Positions 49,113 to 59,833 of a stretch of 64,000 nucleotides of DNA are shown here, piece by piece. The stretch's first letter is position 1, and each line of letters opens with the position of its first letter. Location: assembly GCA_964398375.1 (NCBI GenBank), contig CAYNNA010000002.1, positions 6,038 to 70,037 of the forward strand, in the 5' to 3' direction. The notes under the pieces are model-generated. The model worked only from the letters and a program-made list of their open reading frames with translations, had not been told where the DNA came from and did no database searches. Source of the stretch: an uncultured Thiothrix sp. Its GTDB lineage: Bacteria > Pseudomonadota > Gammaproteobacteria > Thiotrichales > Thiotrichaceae. A program made the position numbers and the translations under genes.

Positions 49113-51689
49113 TTATTCCTGATCATCGGTTAAGTCTGTAGTATCATCGTCAGCAGCATCGCTGGCATCGGTCAAAATCGGCGCAATCTGCACCAATTTT
49201 TCTCCATCATTGAGGCGAATCAGGGTCACACCCTGCGTATTGCGCCCGACAATGGACACATCAGCAACGGGGGTGCGTACCAGCGTACCACCGTCGGTGA
49301 TGAGCATGATTTGGCAATCATCGCGTACTTGCACCGCTCCCACCGCGTTACCGTTGCGGTCAGAGGTTTGAATCGCAATCACGCCTTGCCCGCCACGCCC
49401 TTGCTGAGAGAATTCTTCTGCACGGGTGCGTTTGCCGTAACCGTTTTCGGTGGCAATCAGTAACTCGCCTTCGCCCAGAATGATCAACGCGTTGACTTCT
49501 TGCCCATCGTCCATGCGAATGCCGCGCACGCCTGCCGCAGTCCGTCCCATTGCCCGCACGTCGGATTCGTGGAAGCGAATCGCTTTACCGGAGTTGCTAA
49601 ACAGCATGACTTCGTTATCGCCATTGGTAACAGCCACATCAACCAGCTTGTCACCGTCACGCAAATCAACCGCAATAATCCCCGCAGTACGCGGGCGTGA
49701 GAATTCCGTCAACGGGGTTTTCTTAACCGTGCCTTCGGAGGTTGCCATGAAGATGTATTTGTCTTCGGCATATTCGCGGATTGGCAATACGGCGTTAATG
49801 CGTTCGCCTTCTTCCAGAGGCAGCAAATTAACCATTGGCTTGCCGCGAGCACCGCGCCCCCCCATTGGCAACTGGTAAACTTTCAGCCAATACATGCGCC
49901 CACGGCTGGAGAAGCACAGCAAAGTATCGTGCATACTGGCGACGAAGAGCTTTTCGATGAAATCTTCGTCTTTCATCGCCGTCGCTGCTTTGCCACGCCC
50001 ACCGCGTTTTTGTGCGCGGTAAGTGTCCAGCGTTTGCGCTTTGGCGTAACCGGCGTGCGAGAACGTGACCATGACTTCTTCGTCAGCAATCAGATCTTCC
50101 ATGCACAGATCTTCACCGACCACGTTGATTTCGGTGCGACGCGCATCGCCATAGGTATCACGCACCAGCAGCAACTCATCGCGGATCACTTGCAGCAAAC
50201 GGTCAGGATTGGCGAGGATTTCCAGCAAATCGGCAATCTTTTCCAACAGTTCGCGGTATTCGGCAAGGATTTTGTCTTTTTCCAAGCCCGTCAAACGGTG
50301 TAAACGTAAATCCAAAATCGCCTGTGCCTGCACTTCAGACAGCCAATAACCGTCGGGGCGCAAACCGTATTGTTCGGGCAAATCGTCGGGGCGACAGGTA
50401 TCCGCACCGGCACGGCTGAGCATGTCGCTGACAATGCCTGCGTTCCATGCCCGTGACACCAAACCGAGTTTCGCATCGGTCGGGCTAGGCGCGGATTTAA
50501 TCAAGGCAATGATGTCGTCGATGTTGGAGAGCGCAACCGCCAAACCTTCGAGGATATGCGCACGTTCACGGGCTTTACGCACTTCAAAAATGGTGCGACG
50601 GGTAACGACTTCACGGCGGTGACGCAGGAAAGCTTCCAACACCTCTTTGAGGTTCAGCAAACGCGGCTGCCCGTCGAGCAACGCCACCATATTGATGCCG
50701 AACACGCTCTGCATCTGGGTTTGCTTGTAGAGATTGTTCAGAATGACTTCGCCGGATTCGCCGCGCTTGAGTTCAATCACCATGCGCATCCCGTCCTTGT
50801 CGGACTCGTCGCGCAATTCGGAGATGCCTTCGAGCTTTTTCTCCTTGACCAAATCGGCAATTTTTTCCAGCAAACGGGCTTTGTTTACCTGATACGGCAA
50901 TTCGGTGACGATAATGGTCTCACGGCTGGTGCGTGCATCCACTTCCACATTAGCGCGGGCACGCACATAAATACGCCCCTTGCCGGTAAGGTAAGCGTCT
51001 CGAATGCCCCGTGCACCATTAATAATACCCGCAGTGGGGAAATCCGGTCCTGGCAGATATTCCATCAAATCGCTGATGTCCATATCAGGATCCGTCAGCA
51101 GTGCGAGGCACGCATTCACGGTTTCGGTGAGGTTGTGCGGGGGAATATTCGTCGCCATCCCGACCGCGATACCGGATGATCCGTTGATCAGCAGGTTGGG
51201 CAAGCGCGTGGGGAACACGCTGGGTTCTTTTTCATTGCCATCGTAGTTGGGAACGAAGTCGATGGTTTCTTTGTCGATGTCCATTTGCAATTCGTGGGCA
51301 ATTTTGGACATGCGCACTTCGGTGTAACGCATCGCAGCGGGTGAATCGCCATCGACTGAACCGAAGTTACCTTGCCCATCCACCAGCATGTAGCGCAGCG
51401 AGAACGGTTGAGCCATGCGCACCATCGTATCGTACACAGCGGTATCACCGTGCGGGTGGTATTTACCGATCACGTCACCGACGATACGCGCGGATTTTTT
51501 GTAAGGCTTGTTCCATTCGTTGCCGAGTTCGCTCATGGCAAACAGCACGCGGCGGTGGACGGGTTTCAAACCGTCGCGCACGTCTGGTAAAGCACGCCCG
51601 ACGATGACACTCATCGCGTAGTCCAGATAGGACTGACGCATTTCATCTTCGAGATTAACCGGGATAATTTCCTTGGCAAATGTGGCCAT
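49113..51689 (-). CDS. gyrA: DNA gyrase subunit A
   Basis: [43 protein letters not shown], GyrA box QKRGGRG. Confidence 0.99.
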   Translation of the reverse strand: MATFAKEIIPVNLEDEMRQSYLDYAMSVIVGRALPDVRDGLKPVHRRVLFAMSELGNEWNKPYKKSARIVGDVIGKYHPHGDTAVYDTMVRMAQPFSLRYMLVDGQGNFGSVDGDSPAAMRYTEVRMSKIAHELQMDIDKETIDFVPNYDGNEKEPSVFPTRLPNLLINGSSGIAVGMATNIPPHNLTETVNACLALLTDPDMDISDLMEYLPGPDFPTAGIINGARGIRDAYLTGKGRIYVRARANVEVDARTSRETIIVTELPYQVNKARLLEKIADLVKEKKLEGISELRDESDKDGMRMVIELKRGESGEVILNNLYKQTQMQSVFGINMVALLDGQPRLLNLKEVLEAFLRHRREVVTRRTIFEVRKARERAHILEGLAVALSNIDDIIALIKSAPSPTDAKLGLVSRAWNAGIVSDMLSRAGADTCRPDDLPEQYGLRPDGYWLSEVQAQAILDLRLHRLTGLEKDKILAEYRELLEKIADLLEILANPDRLLQVIRDELLLVRDTYGDARRTEINVVGEDLCMEDLIADEEVMVTFSHAGYAKAQTLDTYRAQKRGGRGKAATAMKDEDFIEKLFVASMHDTLLCFSSRGRMYWLKVYQLPMGGRGARGKPMVNLLPLEEGERINAVLPIREYAEDKYIFMATSEGTVKKTPLTEFSRPRTAGIIAVDLRDGDKLVDVAVTNGDNEVMLFSNSGKAIRFHESDVRAMGRTAAGVRGIRMDDGQEVNALIILGEGELLIATENGYGKRTRAEEFSQQGRGGQGVIAIQTSDRNGNAVGAVQVRDDCQIMLITDGGTLVRTPVADVSIVGRNTQGVTLIRLNDGEKLVQIAPILTDASDAADDDTTDLTDDQE

Positions 51690-51724
51690 ATTATTGTTCG
51701 ATCACCTAAATCATGAAGTGCAGG

Positions 51725-51733
51725 ATTATACCA
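51725..51733 (-). promoter_or_regulatory. Extended -10 promoter of gyrA
   Basis: TGG-TATAAT on the minus strand about 35 nt upstream of the ATG. Confidence 0.55.
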
Positions 51734-51769
51734 GAAAAAGTGTGGCTGTGTGGGTTTGCGTTAAGCGCT

Positions 51770-52144
51770 TTATCTACCCAATGCACGTTCCACATCGGAT
51801 TCGGTAATCGGAAAACTCAGTGTCAGCAACGCCGGAAAACGATCTGTTAGCCGTGCCAATTGGTGGGCATATTCACGGTCATAAAACACCACGACTCGTG
51901 TCTCTGGCATCCGCTGTACGACTGCCATCATTGACTCCAAACTGCTGGTGCGGTCACGAAAATCCGATTGGAAATTAAATTCTGCCACAATAACGGCTGG
52001 CGTTTTTTTCTTCAGGAACTGCAACACCTTGCGCATACTGGTTTCCCGCGCCACGGTGTACCCCATGCGCTGGTACAGCGGGGTAAAATCCGGGTAGCCG
52101 CCTAGTTCGACAATACTCAACAATAATTTGGTGGATTCTGGCAT
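51770..52144 (-). CDS. Stand-alone receiver-like (pseudo-receiver) protein
   Basis: AGGA SD before ATG 52144; beta/alpha pattern of CheY with VIVAEF (Glu at the phospho-Asp position) and SFP replacing KP. Confidence 0.6.
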   Translation of the reverse strand: MPESTKLLLSIVELGGYPDFTPLYQRMGYTVARETSMRKVLQFLKKKTPAVIVAEFNFQSDFRDRTSSLESMMAVVQRMPETRVVVFYDREYAHQLARLTDRFPALLTLSFPITESDVERALGR

Positions 52145-52186
52145 TTGGTGTTTTCCTAATAATGATGACGCTTGTTGGTATCTCAG

Positions 52187-52375
52187 GTCGAGCTTGCTCA
52201 ATCGCTCCACCATTGCCTTGATATAGGCGTTGCCTTGAATGTGTTCTTGATACAGCAGGCGGGTGAACCTGTCAGCCGCCGCCGTGATCGGTTGCCGCCC
52301 TGCCTCCCAGTTCCTCAACGAATTTCCGCCCCATCCAACAAGGGTTGGTTGTTGGTGATGAATAGCCCAATGGGA
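52187..52375 (-). pseudogene. Fragmented XRE/HTH regulator (antitoxin-like)
   Basis: Frame 1 gives IGLFITNNQPLLDGAEIR*; frame 2 gives RNWEAGRQPITAAADRFTRLLYQEHIQGN...ERLSKLD. The intervening HTH helices are missing. Confidence 0.6.
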
Positions 52376-52401
52376 TTGGGTTTTGATTGTTGTTACAGAT
52401 T

Positions 52402-52692
52402 TCAAGCCGCCTTGCGTGTGTGAACCTCTACCACTTGCCCAACACGGGAAAGTAGGCTTATCAGCATATCCACGGTGAAACGCCCGATTTTGCCCCGGTA
52501 CAAGTCACTGATACGCGCTTGTGATACATCCAACACCGCCGCCGCGTCTTCCTGTGTAGCGTAACGCTGCTTCAAGATGCCGGATAATTCTTGCATCAAT
52601 TGCGCCCTGATAAGCAGGTTTGCCGCTTCCGCTGGTGGGAACAAATCCTGAAATACGCTCTTACCCGATGGTGTTACGTGTTCAACTGTCAT
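52402..52692 (-). CDS. HigA-like XRE antitoxin
   Basis: SGKSVF.DL, L.IRAQLM, TQ.DAA.VL.VSQARISDL.RGKI.RF.VD.L. Confidence 0.88.
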   Translation of the reverse strand: MTVEHVTPSGKSVFQDLFPPAEAANLLIRAQLMQELSGILKQRYATQEDAAAVLDVSQARISDLYRGKIGRFTVDMLISLLSRVGQVVEVHTRKAA

Positions 52693-53018
52693 GCTGTACG
52701 CTCCTTTATCATTGCCTTGAACCGTTCCCGTGCAAGGTCTATGTCATGTTGTGCGGTCTTCTGTGTTTTTTTCTGGAAGGCATGAAGCACATAAACCGCG
52801 TCGGCAAACTTTGCCACGTAGATCACCCGAAATGCCCCGGATTCTTCGTGTATGCGGATTTCCTGAACTCCCTGCCCTATTCCTATCATTGGCTTCCAGT
52901 CGTCTGGTTCACTGCCAGATTGCAGCAAATGAAGCTGATAACCTGCATCCTGCCGCGCATCCTCTGGGAACTCGATCAAATCCCGGTAGCTTCTACCTAC
53001 CCACCGTATTTCCTTCAC
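52689..53018 (-). CDS. RelE/HigB-like toxin (phage Gp49-like)
   Basis: I.WVG.SY.DL..FP..AR...GYQL..LQ.G..P.DWKPM, EIRI, RVIYVAKF.DAVYVLHAFQKKTQKT; GTG start at 53018. Confidence 0.88.
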   Translation of the reverse strand: MKEIRWVGRSYRDLIEFPEDARQDAGYQLHLLQSGSEPDDWKPMIGIGQGVQEIRIHEESGAFRVIYVAKFADAVYVLHAFQKKTQKTAQHDIDLARERFKAMIKERTA

Positions 53019-53208
53019 GCCGTTACCTATGAAATTATACAAAATTTGGCATACTTAACCAGTAGATTAGACACAAGTACGCAAACCGTCCAGATAATCC
53101 GTTCGGGCTAAACGCAAAAACAAAGGGGAAATAACCAAGGGTGAATGGTGGCGTTTTTCAAAGTGTAGCAAGTGTAGCAGCGTTTTCTGTTTGGTTTTCT
53201 CAGGCATG

Positions 53209-53233
53209 AAAAAGCCGGGAACTTGCCCGGCTT
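53209..53233 (-). terminator. Terminator after the integrase
   Basis: AAGCCGGG-N6-CCCGGCTT with a T-run on the minus strand. Confidence 0.75.
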
Positions 53234-53258
53234 CCAAGGTTGGATTTTATGCAGCAAC

Positions 53259-54494
53259 CTACCCCGCTTTGGTTCGGAATGGGATTACATCACCACCCGT
53301 GGTTTCCCTCAGTTCATCAAGGTAATCAGCCCAACGTTGCATCATGGTTGCCCGTTTCTGTAAATGTTTGGTGCGGTTGTATGCCCTGCCGTTGGGGTCT
53401 TTCACGGCATGGGCTAACTGGTGCTCTATGATGTGTTGCGGAAAGTCCAACACTTCTTCAAGTACCGTCCGAGCCATTGCCCGGAACCCGTGCGCCGTCA
53501 TTTCTGTGTTGCTATAACCCAAACGCCGCAAGGCTTGGCGTATGGTGTTTTCACTCATCGGGTCGTTACGTTGCCGGATACCGGGGAACACATACTTATC
53601 CCGCCCGGTTAACGGTTGGATGTCTTGCAAGATCGCCAGCGCTTGACGGGAAAGCGGGACAATATGGGGCATACGCATTTTCATTTTTTCGGCTGGCAGT
53701 TCCCATACTTCATTGGTTAAGTCGATTTCTGCCCATTCCATTTGCCGTAATTCGCCCGGTCTGACAAATACCAAAGCGGATAACTTCAAAGCACACTGCA
53801 CCACATAACTACCCTTGTATTCCTCAATACCACGCAATAACGCGCCTATTTCTGCGGGGTTGGTGATAGCTGCAAAGTGTTGTTTTCTGGCAGTCGGTAA
53901 CGCGCCTTTCAGATCGGGGGTTGGGTCACGACTTGCTCTACCCGTTGCCACTGCATAACGGAATATCTGCCCACAATCTTGCTTAGCCCGGTGTGCGGTA
54001 TCCAATGCGCCGCGCTTCTCGATACGGTGCAAGCAAGCGGGTATTTCAGGCGGTTCTATCTCTGCTATCGGTCGATTGCCTAGCCACGGGAAAATATCGT
54101 GTTCTAACCTGCTGACAATGCGTTTCTTACCCTCTTCTATCCATTTGTCCGCGAACTTCACCAGCCATTCACGCGCCACGGCTTCAAAGCTGTTTTCTGT
54201 CAGCTTCACCCTTGCCGCCCGTTGCGCCTTTTTATTGGCTGTTGGGTCAACACCACGCGCTAATACCGCCTTGGCTTCATCATGCAGATCACGCGCTTGT
54301 TTTAGGGTGGTTTCAGAATACACACCCAAAGCGAGGGTTTTTTGTTTGCCGTCGCTGCGGTAGTTATAGCGCCAGTATTTGCCGGTGGTTGTGACGTAGA
54401 GGTATAAACCATCACCATCTGATAATTTTAGGGGCTTGCCGTCTGGTTTGGTCTTGGCGTTCTTAACCATTGAATCTGTTAGTTTTCTCTTCAT
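53259..54494 (-). CDS. P4-family tyrosine integrase
   Basis: Arm-binding N-domain (L.DG.GLYL.V...G.YWR..YR..GKQKTLALGVY); catalytic R (VRPGELR), H-x-x-R (HGFR), H (LAH), Y (AYNR) are intact. Confidence 0.95.
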   Translation of the reverse strand: MKRKLTDSMVKNAKTKPDGKPLKLSDGDGLYLYVTTTGKYWRYNYRSDGKQKTLALGVYSETTLKQARDLHDEAKAVLARGVDPTANKKAQRAARVKLTENSFEAVAREWLVKFADKWIEEGKKRIVSRLEHDIFPWLGNRPIAEIEPPEIPACLHRIEKRGALDTAHRAKQDCGQIFRYAVATGRASRDPTPDLKGALPTARKQHFAAITNPAEIGALLRGIEEYKGSYVVQCALKLSALVFVRPGELRQMEWAEIDLTNEVWELPAEKMKMRMPHIVPLSRQALAILQDIQPLTGRDKYVFPGIRQRNDPMSENTIRQALRRLGYSNTEMTAHGFRAMARTVLEEVLDFPQHIIEHQLAHAVKDPNGRAYNRTKHLQKRATMMQRWADYLDELRETTGGDVIPFRTKAG

Positions 54495-54495
54495 T

Positions 54496-54654
54496 TTGTT
54501 GGTATCTCAGTTAGGGGTTAGTCGAGATACCAACAATAATACCCACAATTGGATAGGCTTCAGTGCGCCATGCTGATACAACCTGATACAAGGTTATGGG
54601 CTAAGAATGGCTTGGGATAAGGGTTTGTGAGCCGTGATGATACAGGCTGATACA
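54496..54654. repeat. Integrase-associated repeats (putative arm-type sites)
   Basis: IR TTGTTGGTATCTC / GAGATACCAACAA (54496-54536); two pairs of TGATACA direct repeats with 10-bp period (54574/54584, 54638/54648). Confidence 0.7.
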
Positions 54655-54660
54655 AGGGGA

Positions 54661-54734
54661 TGGAGGCTGAACTCAGAATCGAACTGAGGTACTCGGATTT
54701 GCAATCCGGTGCATTACCACTATGCTATTCAGCC
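54661..54734 (-). tRNA. tRNA-Cys (GCA)
   Basis: GGCTGAATAGCATAGTGGTAATGCACCGGATTGCAAATCCG...GTTCGATTCTGAGTTCAGCCTCCA, 74 nt. Confidence 0.95.
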
Positions 54735-54764
54735 TGAGTTGTGGGTGAACCACTGTTAGAAAAT

Positions 54765-54839
54765 TGGAGCGGGAAACGAGGCTCGAACTCGCGACCCCAA
54801 CCTTGGCAAGGTTGTGCTCTACCACTGAGCTATTCCCGC
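54765..54839 (-). tRNA. tRNA-Gly (GCC)
   Basis: GCGGGAATAGCTCAGTGGTAGAGCACAACCTTGCCAAGGTTG...GTTCGAGCCTCGTTTCCCGCTCCA, 75 nt. Confidence 0.97.
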
Positions 54840-54853
54840 TGAACAGGCTGCGA

Positions 54854-54882
54854 ATCTTAATGATAGCAGCCTTTTCTGTCAA
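54854..54882 (-). promoter_or_regulatory. tRNA-Gly/Cys sigma70 promoter
   Basis: TTGACA-17 nt-TAAGAT followed by a GC-rich discriminator. Confidence 0.7.
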
Positions 54883-54911
54883 CTGCTGATGCTATTTTTT
54901 TTCATACTACG

Positions 54912-56930
<2,019 letters not shown>

Positions 56931-56944
56931 CTAGTTATTTTCTG

Positions 56945-58315
56945 TTATTTCTCAAACACCGCAATCGACTCAACATGCGAGGTGTGCGGGAACATATCCA
57001 TCACCCCCGCCCCCACCAAGCGATAGCCGTGTTCATGCACCAGCTCATACGTATCCCGCGCCAAGGTTGCCGGATCGCACGACACATACACAATCCGCCC
57101 CGCATTGAGCTTCCCCATGTAGGCAATAATTTCTTTCGCCCCCGCACGCGGTGGGTCGAGTAAAATCTTGTCGTAACGGTTTTTCTTCAACCAGGGTTCG
57201 TGCTGTAATTTGTCACCCATCAGGTTACAAACGTAGTAATCGGTATTCAGGATGCCATTGGCGTGAGCCGCCGCACGCGCACGTTCCACCATCGTCTGCT
57301 CACCTTCCACGCCGATGACTTGCGCCGCCATTCGCGCCAGTGGCAGGGTGAAATTGCCCAAACCGCAGAACAAGTCCAGCACGGTATCGGTCGGTTCAGG
57401 GGCAAGCAATTCGAGCGCACGCGCCACCATTGCACGATTCAGCGGCTGGTTAACCTGAATAAAGTCCAGCGGCATGAAATTAACCCGTGTGTTGAATTGC
57501 GGGTGTTCGTAATACAGATCTGAAGGAGTCCCTTCGACTTCGCTCAGGGGGCGGTAGAGGCAATGGACGGTTTCAGGACCTTTCGGCTGCAAATAAATCT
57601 GGTAGTTAAACTGTTTGCCAAACGCCAGCAGCTTGGCGGTATCGCCCTCAGACAGCTCTTCCATGTGGCGGAAAATCAGCGCGGTGGCATTGTCGCCATC
57701 ACCGACAGCGGTTTCGATTTGTGGGATGGATTCACGCGCATCGAGACTGGCAATCAGCGCTTGGAAGTCGAGCAAGTGTTCGCCGATACTGGGGTGCAGG
57801 ATTTCGCAACGGTTGAGTTCGGCGAGGAAACCGCCTTCTTTTTCACGGAAGCCGACGAGGGCTTTGTCTTTTTTACGCACCCATTTCGCACCGAGACGCG
57901 CTTTGCGGCGGTATGCCCAGCCATCAGCCGTGAGTGGGGCAAACACGGTTTCTGGTTCGGCTTTGCCAATGTGTTTGAGATTGTCGAGCATGGCGCGTTG
58001 TTTGTAGCGAATTTGCGCTTCGAGGGAGATGTGCTGCCAGCTACATGCGCCACACACACCAAAGTGTTCACAGCGCGGTTCGACCCGATCGGGCGAAGGG
58101 GTGAGGATGGTTTCGACCTTGCCGATGTCGTGCTTTTGCTTGTGCGAGGTATAGCGGAAGGTAACGGTTTCACCGGGCAGTGCGCCGTCGATGAACACGG
58201 TTTTGCCGTCAATGTGCGTGACACCTTGACCTTCGAGCGTGAGGGATTCGATGGTGGTTTCGATCAGCGTGCTGTTTTGTACGCCCTTAGGTTTTCTGTT
58301 TCTGTGTCGGCTCAT
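56945..58315 (-). CDS. rlmD: 23S rRNA m5U1939 methyltransferase
   Basis: TRAM domain; CEHFGVCGAC Fe-S motif; LDLFCGLGNF, LDPPRAG, YVSCDPATLARD, DMFPHT.HVE. Confidence 0.95.
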   Translation of the reverse strand: MSRHRNRKPKGVQNSTLIETTIESLTLEGQGVTHIDGKTVFIDGALPGETVTFRYTSHKQKHDIGKVETILTPSPDRVEPRCEHFGVCGACSWQHISLEAQIRYKQRAMLDNLKHIGKAEPETVFAPLTADGWAYRRKARLGAKWVRKKDKALVGFREKEGGFLAELNRCEILHPSIGEHLLDFQALIASLDARESIPQIETAVGDGDNATALIFRHMEELSEGDTAKLLAFGKQFNYQIYLQPKGPETVHCLYRPLSEVEGTPSDLYYEHPQFNTRVNFMPLDFIQVNQPLNRAMVARALELLAPEPTDTVLDLFCGLGNFTLPLARMAAQVIGVEGEQTMVERARAAAHANGILNTDYYVCNLMGDKLQHEPWLKKNRYDKILLDPPRAGAKEIIAYMGKLNAGRIVYVSCDPATLARDTYELVHEHGYRLVGAGVMDMFPHTSHVESIAVFEK

Positions 58316-59097
58316 GCGCCCGCCTCCCATGCGGCTTCAAAGGCTAATAAATGTTCTTTGCCAGAATGCTGGAGGTGTTTGCGTACTAACGCACACTCAA
58401 TGTCGTATTTGTCGTGAAGGATATGCCCGCGCATCAGTTGAAAGCGCAGATACACCAGCCAAGTATTCAGCACATCGGTTTCGCAGTAATTGCGGATGTC
58501 GGCGAGTTTGCCTTCCTGATACGCATCCCAGACTTTTGCGCCGCTCATGCCCATCTTGCCGGGGAAACCGAACAGGGTGGCGAGTTCGTCCAATGGCGCA
58601 TTGGCACGTCCGCTGTAGAGTGCCAGCAAATCCATCAGGTCGGTGTGGCGGGTATGGTAGCGGCTGATGTAATTGTTCCACTTGAAGCTGCTGTCGTCTT
58701 CGCCCATGTCCCAGTAACGCGGGGCGCAGATTTTGTGTTTCATGGCGCGGTAGTGGATGACGGGCAGGTCGAAGCCGCTGCCATTCCACGACACGATGGT
58801 GGGGGTGTAGCGGTCGATGCCGTCGAAGAAACGTTGCAGGATTTCCTTTTCGTCGGCGGATTCGTCGCCCAACGTCCAGACTTTGAAGTCATCGCCCTTA
58901 CCACGAAAGGTGACAGAAATCGCGACGATTTTGTGCAAGTGATGTGCTAAAAATTCCGAGCCAGTTTTCTGGAAACGCAGGTGATACATGGCTTTGGCGA
59001 TGCTGTCAGCGTCGAGGTCGCCAAGGTCGTAGAGTTTGCGCCCGCCCTCAATGTCGGGGATGGTTTCGATGTCGAAGACTAAGGTGTTCATGCGCAT
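58312..59097 (-). CDS. PolB-like 3'-5' exonuclease (DEDD)
   Basis: VFDIET, SWNGSGFDLP, HTDLMD.L, YCETDV.NT. Confidence 0.9.
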   Translation of the reverse strand: MRMNTLVFDIETIPDIEGGRKLYDLGDLDADSIAKAMYHLRFQKTGSEFLAHHLHKIVAISVTFRGKGDDFKVWTLGDESADEKEILQRFFDGIDRYTPTIVSWNGSGFDLPVIHYRAMKHKICAPRYWDMGEDDSSFKWNNYISRYHTRHTDLMDLLALYSGRANAPLDELATLFGFPGKMGMSGAKVWDAYQEGKLADIRNYCETDVLNTWLVYLRFQLMRGHILHDKYDIECALVRKHLQHSGKEHLLAFEAAWEAGA

Positions 59098-59138
59098 CCT
59101 TTATTTTGTATTGGGTTCAGAGGTTTACCAAGGTTTTC

Positions 59139-59543
59139 TTAATGTAGCCGCAGGCAGTCCGTTTGCAACGGGAAATGCGGCTGCATAGCATCAAAATCTC
59201 GGTCATTGTGCAGCAGGCAACACTGGTAATGCAGCGCAGTCGCGGCAATCACGCAATCATTGGTTTTGCGGATAGTGATACCACGCTTACGCAAAATGCG
59301 GTACAAATCGGCGGCTTCCAACCAAACCGTTTCGGTGATGTCCAGACGAAGCAGCGGTTGCAGGTATTCTTTGACTTGTTGGTGCTGTTTATCGTTGGCG
59401 ATACCCTGCAAAACTTCAGTCAGGATAACGCCACACAACGCAAGGTCAGCATCCGTTTGAATAAGATGCTCCAACACCTGCACATGCGGCAAATCACGCC
59501 CTGCAAAGAAATCAATCCACACACTGGTGTCAACGAGGATCAT
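59139..59543 (-). CDS. vapC: PIN-domain toxin (VapC family)
   Basis: ILVDTSVWIDFF, EVLQG, RGITIRKT.DC.IA, LLHNDRDF. Confidence 0.92.
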   Translation of the reverse strand: MILVDTSVWIDFFAGRDLPHVQVLEHLIQTDADLALCGVILTEVLQGIANDKQHQQVKEYLQPLLRLDITETVWLEAADLYRILRKRGITIRKTNDCVIAATALHYQCCLLHNDRDFDAMQPHFPLQTDCLRLH

Positions 59544-59749
59544 CCGGCTTCCCGCAAGGTGTCCAAATCACCTTCCCACTGGATAGTACCTTTCAGCGAC
59601 AAGAGCTTGCGTTGCTGCTTGTGCCTGACCAATTCGCGCAAGGCATGTTCGATCAAGTGGCGGCGCGTTTTGATACCCGTGACTTGCAGGGCAGCATCCA
59701 ACAACTGTTTATCTAACACGATGTTAGTGCGGATATTACTATTGTCCAT
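59540..59749 (-). CDS. vapB: VapB-family antitoxin (ribbon-helix-helix type)
   Basis: RTNIVLD..LL..A...TG.KT.R..IE.AL.ELV, WEGDL..LR; 4-nt overlap with the toxin. Confidence 0.9.
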   Translation of the reverse strand: MDNSNIRTNIVLDKQLLDAALQVTGIKTRRHLIEHALRELVRHKQQRKLLSLKGTIQWEGDLDTLREAG

Positions 59750-59781
59750 ACCTTGTCCTTTCTTGTTAGGATTGTGCCAGC

Positions 59782-59810
59782 ATACACCGATTTTACTAAA
59801 ATACGTGTAT
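59782..59810. promoter_or_regulatory. Palindrome, probable VapB operator
   Basis: ATACAC-CG-ATTTTA-C-TAAAAT-AC-GTGTAT upstream of the antitoxin. Confidence 0.55.
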
Positions 59811-59833
59811 CATTTTCCATGCCATCCGCAAGG

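Larger units (their letters stand above)
52172..54660 (-). mobile_element. Degenerate P4-type integrative element at the 3' end of tRNA-Cys
   Basis: Integrase next to the tRNA; arm-type repeats; higBA cargo; broken XRE gene; 15-bp copy of the integrase upstream repeat at 52172. No duplicated tRNA att core found. Confidence 0.65.

Noticed and set aside
52248-52528. Extra TGATACA heptamers as distal integrase arm sites
   Set aside because: Unpaired, inside coding or pseudogene sequence, and expected by chance.
53161-53178. AAGTGTAGC tandem repeat and a 46-codon minus-strand ORF inside the island
   Set aside because: Only two copies; could be an iteron or primase remnant, but there is no supporting coding similarity.
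52140-53260. Duplicated tRNA-Cys 3' end (att core) or a displaced tRNA-Leu of the usual Gly-Cys-Leu cluster
   Set aside because: Searched by eye; neither was found.
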